Part shown: positions 48,008 to 56,417 of the stretch, piece by piece
Position numbering within the stretch: position 1 is the stretch's first letter
Layout: each line of letters begins with the position of its first letter
Source of the DNA: an uncultured Planctomycetota bacterium
GTDB lineage: Bacteria; Planctomycetota; Planctomycetia; Gemmatales; Gemmataceae
Reading direction: 5' to 3'
DNA: 64,000 bases
Assembly (NCBI GenBank): GCA_963849325.1
Contig: CAWKHF010000001.1
Span: forward strand, 416,001-480,000
Made by a program: the position numbers and the translations under genes
The notes under the pieces: model-generated
Told to the model about the DNA's origin: nothing
The model's database searches: none
The model's input: only the letters and a program-made list of their open reading frames with translations

Positions 48008-48390
48008 GGCTCCTGCTCGATACGCACACGTTCCTCTGGTTTACGCTCGGCGACACCCAGTTGAGCCCCACAGCGCTGGCCCTCATCAATGATCCGGGGA
48101 ATGACAAGCTTATCAGCCCAGCCAGCTACTGGGAGATAGCCATCAAGGTCAGCATCAGGAAACTGGCCCTGAACCAGCCCTTCGAGGACTTCCTCGATCG
48201 CGGAATCCGGCAGAACGGCTTCAAAATTTTGCACATCGACCTGCGACACACGGCACGCGTGGTCACGTTGCCGTTCCACCACAAGGATCCGTTCGACCGT
48301 CTGCTCATCGCCCAAGCGTTGACCGAGGGCATCGCCATCGTGGGGGCTGACACGCTCTTCGATCAGTACGGCGCGACGCGGTTGTGGTAG
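48004..48390 (+). CDS. vapC: VapC-family PIN toxin
   Basis: LLLDTHTFLW, S.WEIAIK and HKDPFDRLLIAQA; 4-bp overlap with the antitoxin. Confidence 0.93.
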   Translation: MRLLLDTHTFLWFTLGDTQLSPTALALINDPGNDKLISPASYWEIAIKVSIRKLALNQPFEDFLDRGIRQNGFKILHIDLRHTARVVTLPFHHKDPFDRLLIAQALTEGIAIVGADTLFDQYGATRLW

Positions 48391-48408
48391 GGCAGATGTC
48401 GGGCCGTC

Positions 48409-48693
48409 TTACACCACCACAACCACATCCTTCGCATCGGCCGCCTCCGTCGGCCGGCCGAGCGCCTCGATCGCGTTCACGCACTTCGCGCACAGCGGGA
48501 TGAACAGCACCTGATCCTGCTCCAAGTTGATGAGATCATACAGCCGCGACCGCAAACGTACAAAGTCGGTAGCGGACAAGCGACACAAAAACACCGAATA
48601 TTGCTTGCGGTAGCCGAAGTCCTCGCACACCGTCGCCACCTTGCGCAGACGTTTCGGATCGCTGATGTCGTAGGCGACGAGGTAGCTATCCAA
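48409..48693 (-). CDS. cas2: Cas2
   Basis: [16 protein letters not shown]...QYSVF. Confidence 0.95.
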   Translation of the reverse strand: MDSYLVAYDISDPKRLRKVATVCEDFGYRKQYSVFLCRLSATDFVRLRSRLYDLINLEQDQVLFIPLCAKCVNAIEALGRPTEAADAKDVVVVV

Positions 48694-48742
48694 GGATTAC
48701 CCCTCACCCTACCCTCTCCCCAAGGGGCGAGGGACGATCGGC

Positions 48743-50462
48743 TCACCGCACCGTGAAGCCCGTGTACGCCGGCACCGAGCCGCGCACGTACGCGGCCAGC
48801 ATCCGCGCCTGCACCTCCAGCATCCGCGAATAGCTCATCTTGTAGCCGTACACCGGGTGCGTCACCACCGTCGCCTTCCGCTGCTCGTAGGCCTGGAAGA
48901 ACTTCCGCCGGCCCGAGTCCGTCAGCTGACACGCCTCGCGCCACACCAGGAAATCGTCCGGCGTCAGCATCTCGTTGTTGATCAGCGTCAGCACCACCGA
49001 GTCGGCGATCACCGGGCGGAACTCCTCCATCAGGTCCAGCGCCAGCGACGGCTTGCCGTGGCGGTTGGAGTGGAAGAAGCCCTTGTACGGGTCGAATCCC
49101 ACCGTGCAGACCGCCGCGAAGCAGTCCTTCGTCAGCATCGCGTAGGCGAACGACAAGCAGCGCGTTCACCGGGTCGCGCGGCGGGCGGCGGTTGCGCGTC
49201 GTGAACTCGAAGCCGCGGCCCGGCGGCTGCACCTGCAGGAAGCGGCCGAACTCGCCGAAGTACAGCGCCGCTCCCTGCCCCTCCAGCCCCAACACCGTCT
49301 CCAGCGGACGCGGCACTGTCCAACCGCCGGATCAGGTCCGCCAGACCCCGCGCGGCCGGCTCGTCGCTGCCGCGGTCGCCGTCGCCGCGCAGGCTGCGCA
49401 TCAGCAGCGCCCGCTGGTTGGTGAGCTTGGCCCGCACCACCGCCTTCGACAGCGTCAGGCACTCCGCGGCGTCGGCGAAGCGGCGGAACTGCGCCTCGCG
49501 CAGCCCGACGTTCTTGCGCTCGGCCGGCGCGAACGTGCCGATGAACCGGCCGTAGCCCGTCAGGTAGGCCACCGGGATCTCGTTCGTCACCAGCGTCTCC
49601 AGCGCCTGCGTCGAAACCTGCACGTTGCCGAAGACCACCACCTGCCGGATCGCGTGCATCGGCACCCGCGTCACCTCCTGGCCGTCCTTGCGGACGACCA
49701 GATGCTCGCTGCGCTTGCCGACGTGGCTGCCCGGCTCCTGCACGTACAGCACCGCGCCGTCGTCGGACTGCGGGATCACCCGCGTCAGGCCGGGCGGCGG
49801 CGAGGCCGTTTCCTCGGCGGCCGGCGGCAGGCCGATCTGGTAGAGCGTCTCCTCCGGCAGACAGACCGGGGCCAGCGAGCAGCCGAAACAGCGGTGCCGC
49901 AGCTCCGCCGGCAGCGGGTCCGGCGGGGCGTCCAGGGCAGACAGCCGCCGGCATTCGTCGATGGCCGTGCGCGTCTTCGCCCGCAGCTCGTCGCGTGAAG
50001 CGGACCTCGACGCGCTCGCGCGTGCCGGCGTAGAACTGGAAGCCGCGCTGCACCGGCGCGCCGAACGCTTCTTCCATCAGCAGCGCCTGGCCGCACAGCT
50101 GCACGGCGTCGTTGTCCCAGGTCGTCGGCCGGCCGTCGTCGTCGCGCGGGGCGGAGCCGTGCTTGGTCTCCACCGGGTAGGACACGCCGTCCTTCTCCTC
50201 GATCACGTCGAGGACGCCGCTGATGCCGAGCGTCTCCGACGACAGGTGGACGCCGCGACTGCGGTTTGCATCGCCTTCCTTGCGCGTCTTGTTGGCCAGT
50301 TCCGGCTCATCGACGCGGCGGTGATCGAACAGGCCGGCCTCGACGTGTTCGTTGGTGCGGCATCACGGCATCGACGTACTGGAGGTAGTAGAGGCGCGGG
50401 CAGTAGGTGACCTGGTTCAGTGCGCGCAGGGGGATCATCTGGGCGTCGGTCGTTGCGGTCAT
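48743..50462 (-). CDS. cas1: Cas4-Cas1 fusion (several frameshifts)
   Basis: N-terminal YCPRL, PVETK, QLCGQ and C..CSL..VC (Cas4); C-terminal [18 protein letters not shown] and [12 protein letters not shown] (Cas1). Confidence 0.93.
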
Positions 50463-50490
50463 GATTCACCTCAGAGAGTCCGAGTAAGGG

Positions 50491-52407
50491 TTAATCCACC
50501 ATCCGCAGCTTGCAAGGCGCCGGATCCATAGCCACCAGGAGCGGCCGAGAAAGGTGCGTGAAACTGACCACCGCCTGACCCGGCGCCAGTCCCGGGATGC
50601 GGCTCCACAGCGACTCGTCGATGCCGCTGATGGTATGTCGCAGGTTCATTAACACCTGCGGGTCGGTCAGCTTGTGCAGCACAAAGTTGTTGCACAGCGA
50701 CAAAACCTGACGGGGCAAGTGCGCGGGTAACTGTGTCACGAACACCAGCCCGAGCCAGCGCTTCCGGCCGCGCTTGGCGATGCGGGCCACTTGCTGGAAC
50801 AGCGTGTCCATCCGCTCGATGCGATCCGCACTGAGGAACTCGTGCGCTTCCTCAATGATGAGCAGGACGCGAGGAACCGGCGGGTCCTGCCCCGCGGCCT
50901 TCGCCTTCTCGTAGCGGCGGTAGGCATTTTCTTGGGCTTTCTGAACGCCGCGCATCAGATCGGCGATCGCAAAATTCGCCAGTTCCGTCATGCCGGTGTC
51001 CGAAAGGTCCACCACGGAAACCTGACCCGGTGCGATGAGCTGGTCGTAGTTCAGCGGCGGAGCGCCGCGTTTTTGCAAATGGCGATCAAACACTTTCAAG
51101 CGATTCAGCCGCCAGAGCAGGCTCTTGACCTTGCCCCACGAGGACGCACTGCTCAGTTCCTTTGCCTTGATGTGTTTCTCCAACGCCGCGCGGCCGGCGT
51201 CGGTACGGAGCACGGCGTTGTATGGCTCGAAGCTCGTTTTGCTCACCGTCGCCAGACACTTGCCGACCACGTCGAGCAGCAGCGACAGCGTCAGGCGGGG
51301 CCAGCCGCGCTCGAACTCGTCGATGCGGAGCAGCAGCTGTTCCTGCTTGTCCACTTCTTCCTTCGGCTTGTCCCGTTGTGGGAAAATGCCGAGGTCGCGC
51401 ATTATCGCCTTGGTGATTTCGTAGGCCGGAAGAAACCGCTCAGATTGAGCATCGTTCATCCCCAGCATTTCGATAACCGCGTGCGGAGAAAGCGCGGCAA
51501 ACTGGAGCGAGAACTCGCTGCGGTTTGGATGGCGCGGGTTCGTGGACTCACGACCGACAAGGTGGTACAGCCGCATGGAGTCCGCGGGGATGCCGGCTGG
51601 CGACAGGCCACGCTCCTGCAAGGCGTCCAGCATCGTGCGGTGATCGGCCGGTTCGTGCAAGTGCGTGTATTCGCCCTCGACATCCAGCAGAATGACGGTC
51701 ATCCCCACGGCCTGAGCTTGCTGGATCAAGCCCGCCACCGTCGTCGATTTGCCGCCGCCCGTTGTACCGAGGACCGCGACGTGGCGCGGCAGCACGGCCT
51801 TCTTGTCGGACGGTACGTTGACGATCACCTCGCTCGCCCCAACCACGGAACCCAGCCGGATGTCGCCATCGGTGTGCAGGACTGCGGCTACCTCCGATTG
51901 CGTCAGGGCAACGACGGGGCTATTGGGCAGCGGTCGCAGGCGCGGCGGAACCAGCGAGCCGTTCTTGAGTTCCTCGCCCAGAATCGAGACCGTCGCGCGG
52001 CCGTGGTAGGGCGGCAGATAGACGCCGCCGCGCGCCGTCACGGTGACGAGCAAATGCGAGTCGGCCCGTAGCGTGTCCGGTTCAGCAAAGGGACCGGCGG
52101 TCACGATGCCCAGGTACTTGCGCCCGTCGCAGCTCTTGATGCGCACCAGGGATTGCGACGGCGCCTGTTGGGCGTGATCGCGCGGCAGCAGGACCGTCAC
52201 GCTGCCGTCTTCGCTGCCGGGCAGGTCGAACATGGTCGCGCCGATGGCGCCTTCCCGATCCGGGTCGGGAGCCAACTCGCCGCCGGCACGGGTTACGTCG
52301 GCTTGGACCTGCTGGAGCAGATCCTCCGGCGGACGGGCGATGCCCAGGTCTTCCTGGCCGTTGTCGTGTGCCGTCCTAGGCGTTGGTCGCGTTGTGGGTG
52401 CAGGCAT
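50491..52407 (-). CDS. HerA-like FtsK/HerA-superfamily ATPase
   Basis: N-terminal HAS-barrel-like region, GTTGGGKS, DVEGEY, IIEEAHEF and RIAKRGRK..LVFVTQ. Confidence 0.88.
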   Translation of the reverse strand: MPAPTTRPTPRTAHDNGQEDLGIARPPEDLLQQVQADVTRAGGELAPDPDREGAIGATMFDLPGSEDGSVTVLLPRDHAQQAPSQSLVRIKSCDGRKYLGIVTAGPFAEPDTLRADSHLLVTVTARGGVYLPPYHGRATVSILGEELKNGSLVPPRLRPLPNSPVVALTQSEVAAVLHTDGDIRLGSVVGASEVIVNVPSDKKAVLPRHVAVLGTTGGGKSTTVAGLIQQAQAVGMTVILLDVEGEYTHLHEPADHRTMLDALQERGLSPAGIPADSMRLYHLVGRESTNPRHPNRSEFSLQFAALSPHAVIEMLGMNDAQSERFLPAYEITKAIMRDLGIFPQRDKPKEEVDKQEQLLLRIDEFERGWPRLTLSLLLDVVGKCLATVSKTSFEPYNAVLRTDAGRAALEKHIKAKELSSASSWGKVKSLLWRLNRLKVFDRHLQKRGAPPLNYDQLIAPGQVSVVDLSDTGMTELANFAIADLMRGVQKAQENAYRRYEKAKAAGQDPPVPRVLLIIEEAHEFLSADRIERMDTLFQQVARIAKRGRKRWLGLVFVTQLPAHLPRQVLSLCNNFVLHKLTDPQVLMNLRHTISGIDESLWSRIPGLAPGQAVVSFTHLSRPLLVAMDPAPCKLRMVD

Positions 52408-52423
52408 AGCTGTTCTCCTCTCC

Positions 52424-53698
52424 TCAATCGTGACGAGTCGTGCGTTCGCTGAAGTAGCGCCAGGGCGCACCGGCCGCAGCGTAGGCCGTTTCGGTCAGGT
52501 GGTGCAGACTGCCGCCGAACACCGAATCGCAAACGTGATGGGCCAAGTCGATCAGCAGCGGGAAGCCGCGCTCTTCTTGGAACATGCTGTCGGCCAGCAC
52601 GATATGGGCGGCGAAGTGAGCGTGGTCCACATGGGCGTAGAAGAGCTGCGCTGGAGCCAGGATCGAGGCGCGGTACAGGCCAACCACCACTTGCGACGCG
52701 ACACGCTCGATGAAGCGTGGTATCCATTCCGGCGGGGACAGCCGCTCGCCGTCCCAGAATAAGTCCCCGGAGGATTCCATCGTGAATCGGCGTTGTTGGA
52801 ACCAGCCTTCCAGACGCGGAGCCAAGTTGCCGAGGATGGCGTAATGCAGCGGAGGCAGCGCCTGGCCAATGGTCAGCGCCAGCAGTTCACGGGGCTCACT
52901 GGCCACGAAGACGAATTTGCCGTAACCCTCGATCAGTTCGCGCATCATCCCGGTCGCGGCGACCATCAATTCCAGGATGTCGGCGCCAGTCAGCAATTCG
53001 TAAGTGATCGGATTGCCGTGGCCCATCCGCCAAACCGCCCTCGATTGGCGGAGGAGAATGGCCCGTTCGGCGTAATCCATGACAGCCTTCCTCGCCAATT
53101 CGCCGAGTTGGTCGCTCGGCGTTCCGTGGTTGAGGGCGGCTCGTTGGTCGCGGCGTCGGAGCAGCTCTAATACCTCATTAAGGTCCGCGGGGCCGCGTTG
53201 CCGCAGGTCGCGGCGGAAGAGTCGCTGCTGCCATGTGCCTTGATCGCCAGCGTAGGATACCAGCGAAACGCCGACCTGGTAGATCGTCAGAGGCAGCGTA
53301 GCATGTACCTGAACCGTCCCGTCACACGCTTCCACACCGCCGTTAAATAACAGGCCGCGATGAATGAGGGCGAGAATGTCCATGTTCGCGGTGAAGACGC
53401 CGCAGCCCGGTGCCGAAGCTGGGTCGATAAGCTTTGGGAAAACTTCGCTGCGAATGCACCGTTGGTACTCGTCCTCCTGGGCGATGGCCTCACGCACTTC
53501 GCGCTCGATACGCGGATACTCCTGCGCCAGGTCTCCTCCCAGCCGCCATGTGTTCACATCGAGAACCCGTTGCAACTCCTCACCGAAGCTCGCTCGAAAC
53601 TCGGCGGCGGTTGCCGGTTCCGAAGGCAGGCGCGTCGGCGACCGTGCCGCGGCCGACACGGGGGATGCTGCATCGTCTCGGGATGTGGTGGTTGCCAT
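52424..53698 (-). CDS. NurA-like nuclease
   Basis: ACDGT, ER, HGN (in place of the usual second DG) and GFPLLIDLAH (NurA-like GYP..L..AH); immediately upstream of herA. Confidence 0.65.
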   Translation of the reverse strand: MATTTSRDDAASPVSAAARSPTRLPSEPATAAEFRASFGEELQRVLDVNTWRLGGDLAQEYPRIEREVREAIAQEDEYQRCIRSEVFPKLIDPASAPGCGVFTANMDILALIHRGLLFNGGVEACDGTVQVHATLPLTIYQVGVSLVSYAGDQGTWQQRLFRRDLRQRGPADLNEVLELLRRRDQRAALNHGTPSDQLGELARKAVMDYAERAILLRQSRAVWRMGHGNPITYELLTGADILELMVAATGMMRELIEGYGKFVFVASEPRELLALTIGQALPPLHYAILGNLAPRLEGWFQQRRFTMESSGDLFWDGERLSPPEWIPRFIERVASQVVVGLYRASILAPAQLFYAHVDHAHFAAHIVLADSMFQEERGFPLLIDLAHHVCDSVFGGSLHHLTETAYAAAGAPWRYFSERTTRHD

Positions 53699-53834
53699 CG
53701 TTCGTTCTCCCACGCGCTTTGCCGGCACCCTCGCGCCTGACTATACTCTCCTGGATTAAAGTGGTCGCGCCCGTCCCTTGTCCGTGGCCCAGTTCTTTGA
53801 CAATTGAACCGCATCGCCTTGCCACCTCGACGAG

Positions 53835-53946
53835 GTTCTCCACGTTCTTATGAACGTGGCCGCATTGAAGATCCCTCACTACTTCCCGACATGCGCGACA
53901 AAGTTCGACATTCTCCACGGTCTCATGGCTGTGGCCGCATTGAAGT
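53835..53946 (+). CRISPR. Mini-array 2: two diverged repeats and one 38-bp spacer
   Basis: Repeats at 53835-53871 and 53910-53946 keep TTCTCCACG...GTGGCCGCATTGAAG; spacer at 53872-53909. Confidence 0.85.
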
Positions 53947-53984
53947 GTAAGCAATCCCGCAAGCTCGCCGTGGCAAGCCAACGC

Positions 53985-54719
53985 TCAGGAGCGCAGTCGC
54001 TGGAGCAACGGATCTTCCCGGACGGGCGGTAAGAGGAGACGGCTATAGTCCTTAGCCTGCTCCTGCGGCAGACCGAAATCGGCTTGCAACACTTCCGCAA
54101 GTCGGATTCTTCCTTCCACACCCGAAATCGACCCGGCTCGCGCCCATACGTCGGCGGCAGGCGCCAGCAGTTCGTAGGCGACCTGATCGGCTTCCTCTTC
54201 GGCCAGCGTGATGGTCGCGTGAAGCACTTCCCGGCGCGGGCCACGCCGCATCAAATGCAGATGAAAACCGAGGGAAATGCTTTTCAAGAGCGCATGAAGA
54301 CACTCCTCTGGCGTCGGCGGGCGCTCCCCGTCCAGGACTTCCACGATTCGTTTCCCCAAGTAGCGGCACGCCCGCCGCCGAGGATGCCAGTAATGTCGCA
54401 GAAAATGAGCCAACTCGTGTGCCAGTGAGAAACGCTGGTCGTCATCGCTGTCGGTTCCGTCGAGAAAGATCAGTCCATGACCGAAATGGGCCGCCAGGCA
54501 AGCCCGCAACGGACGATCCGCTTCGTCGCAACGACAGGCGATCCCGTTCCGGCACAACCAGTCACGGACACTATCAAGCCGTAAATGCGGCAGCAAGACG
54601 ATGGATACCGGCAGCGCCCGGACTATGGGCCGGCGTAATTCACGAGGGAAGGATTCGTCCAAGCCCGCAGCCGCCCAGAACTCACGGATCAATTCCGCGA
54701 TCCACAGCGGCACTCTCAT
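53985..54719 (-). CDS. ImmA/IrrE-family Zn metallopeptidase
   Basis: QRFSLAHELAH (HExxH) and EEEADQVAYELLAP. Confidence 0.88.
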   Translation of the reverse strand: MRVPLWIAELIREFWAAAGLDESFPRELRRPIVRALPVSIVLLPHLRLDSVRDWLCRNGIACRCDEADRPLRACLAAHFGHGLIFLDGTDSDDDQRFSLAHELAHFLRHYWHPRRRACRYLGKRIVEVLDGERPPTPEECLHALLKSISLGFHLHLMRRGPRREVLHATITLAEEEADQVAYELLAPAADVWARAGSISGVEGRIRLAEVLQADFGLPQEQAKDYSRLLLPPVREDPLLQRLRS

Positions 54720-55099
54720 GACTTCGCTCCTTGCGGCGGAGTGTCTTCCGTCGTATTGTCTCGCGCCGCTAACAGGAATCCTTTCTCGCTGTTTTGGCCG
54801 CCGGCGCCAATCCGAAGCCGCAACAGGCTGTGACCCCGCCTGGCAACCTCGGCCAAGACCTCAGCATCGAGCGAGAAGCGCTGCGCGATCTTTTCGACAT
54901 CTTGCCAGAACAGAGGGGCCTGCGCTCGGGGCATCCGGCACAGGCGCAGATGGGTGAGGATTCCCTCGGAACAACCGAGCCGGATGGCCAATCCGGCATC
55001 CTCAAGCTGTTCGCTTCGGGCATACTCCGCCAGCGCGCTGGCGAAAAAATCGGGAGCATCGGCGACACGCAGGGCCAGGTGTTCCAGGTACGGATTCAT
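54716..55099 (-). CDS. Small hypothetical protein, possible HTH repressor or anti-sigma
   Basis: LAIRLGCSEGILTHLRLC HTH-like segment and C-terminal LLAARD; 4-bp overlaps with both neighbours. Confidence 0.55.
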   Translation of the reverse strand: MNPYLEHLALRVADAPDFFASALAEYARSEQLEDAGLAIRLGCSEGILTHLRLCRMPRAQAPLFWQDVEKIAQRFSLDAEVLAEVARRGHSLLRLRIGAGGQNSEKGFLLAARDNTTEDTPPQGAKS

Positions 55100-55731
55100 G
55101 CTTTTCTCCCGGCTCGCTCCAGCATCTTCTTTAACCGATCCTTGTTTCGCTTCACCTGCCGGAATTGCTCTTTCGCAGGCAGGTGCAACAAACCGTAGAG
55201 TTCGGCGAAGATTTTGGTCCGGCGTTCCTTCCGCAAAATCAAATCCAGCGCGCGGGAGTCGGTTTCGGACAAACCTTGGCAGACGGAATTTGAGATGGAG
55301 TTCATCGCGCTCTCGTCTTCCTCAGCCACTCGCATCGGGAGTGACGGATCGTCATGGCGTCCCAGATACTTCCCGGCCTCCTGCGAAAGTTCGACACTTT
55401 TCCACGAAACCCGGCCTTTGTTGTGTCTCCGTTCTTTATCGAGAAGGTTGCGCAAGTCTCCGCGGGCTGACATGCGCAGGTACACTTCCAGGGTCTGCCG
55501 TTCCGGAGAGTACGACCGCGGATTACGAATCAAAGCCAGCAGGGCATCCTCCGCAGCCTCGATGCGGACATCCGGAGGCACGCTCGCGTCGGTTTTGGCC
55601 AACCAGGCGACGAGCGGTTCCAGGTAGGCGTCAGCCAGATCATTCGGGGCAGTTGGATCATCAGCCAGGAGGCGCTGATGAATTTCAAGCGCGTTCGGTT
55701 GCCTGGGTGTTAAGGCGGTAGGACGGGCCAT
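55096..55731 (-). CDS. Sigma-70/ECF-like factor
   Basis: AAEDALL...Y..ER.TLEVYL...DLRN region 2-like; LSETDSRALDL...VKRNKDRLKK region 4-like. Confidence 0.65.
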   Translation of the reverse strand: MARPTALTPRQPNALEIHQRLLADDPTAPNDLADAYLEPLVAWLAKTDASVPPDVRIEAAEDALLALIRNPRSYSPERQTLEVYLRMSARGDLRNLLDKERRHNKGRVSWKSVELSQEAGKYLGRHDDPSLPMRVAEEDESAMNSISNSVCQGLSETDSRALDLILRKERRTKIFAELYGLLHLPAKEQFRQVKRNKDRLKKMLERAGRKA

Positions 55732-55939
55732 GTTCTACAGTCCTGCGGATCGGTGTCGGGGCAGTGCTCAAGCAGCTTGGTCACCTGCCGGAACTTGGGC
55801 AGTATAAATCAAGTCACAGCTTAACGCGCAGGACCGGCGTATCAAGCACAAGTGGCTGAATTATCCCTACGTTGGCGCGACCTTATCGACCGAGCAAACC
55901 TATCACCAATCGCTGGACAATCGGCATCCGTGACCGCAC

Positions 55940-56168
55940 CTTGGGCTCCAGGCCGGAAAGGCGGGGCGATGGAGCGGGGCTTCTCCGGGATGGTGAGCGA
56001 CACCAGGTCCAGTTGGCCCAGCCGGTCCAACTTGAGGAAGGAGCGAATCAACGGAAGCTTCAAATCATCCAGCTCGGCGTGATGGTTGATCCGGTCGTCG
56101 AACGGCACCGTGGCGGTCAGGGCCATCAGCTCGCGCGGCTCGCCGTTCCGCGCGTCGAGACTGTCCAC
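55940..56168 (-). pseudogene. Collapsed fragments of an ATP-binding/transcriptional regulator (AlbA/RecG-C-like) gene
   Basis: VPFDDRINHHAELDDL..LIRSFL fused to LTIPEKPRS. Confidence 0.45.
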
Positions 56169-56417
56169 ATCAACCCTGGCCTGACAGTGACGAAGGCCGT
56201 ACTGGAAGCCCTCGGCATTGTGGCTCCGCCGGAGAAAACCGCCCCGGCGGCGATCCGCCTTTCTCGCCGCGCTTGTCCATCACAACGCATAAACAACCGC
56301 TTATCACGGAATCCGCACGGAATGGGTGGAAACCACGGTATTTCATGGAATTCCGGCTTTTCTACCAACATTATCCGTAACTTTAACTCGATATACAGTA
56401 ACAACTTAAATCAATCA

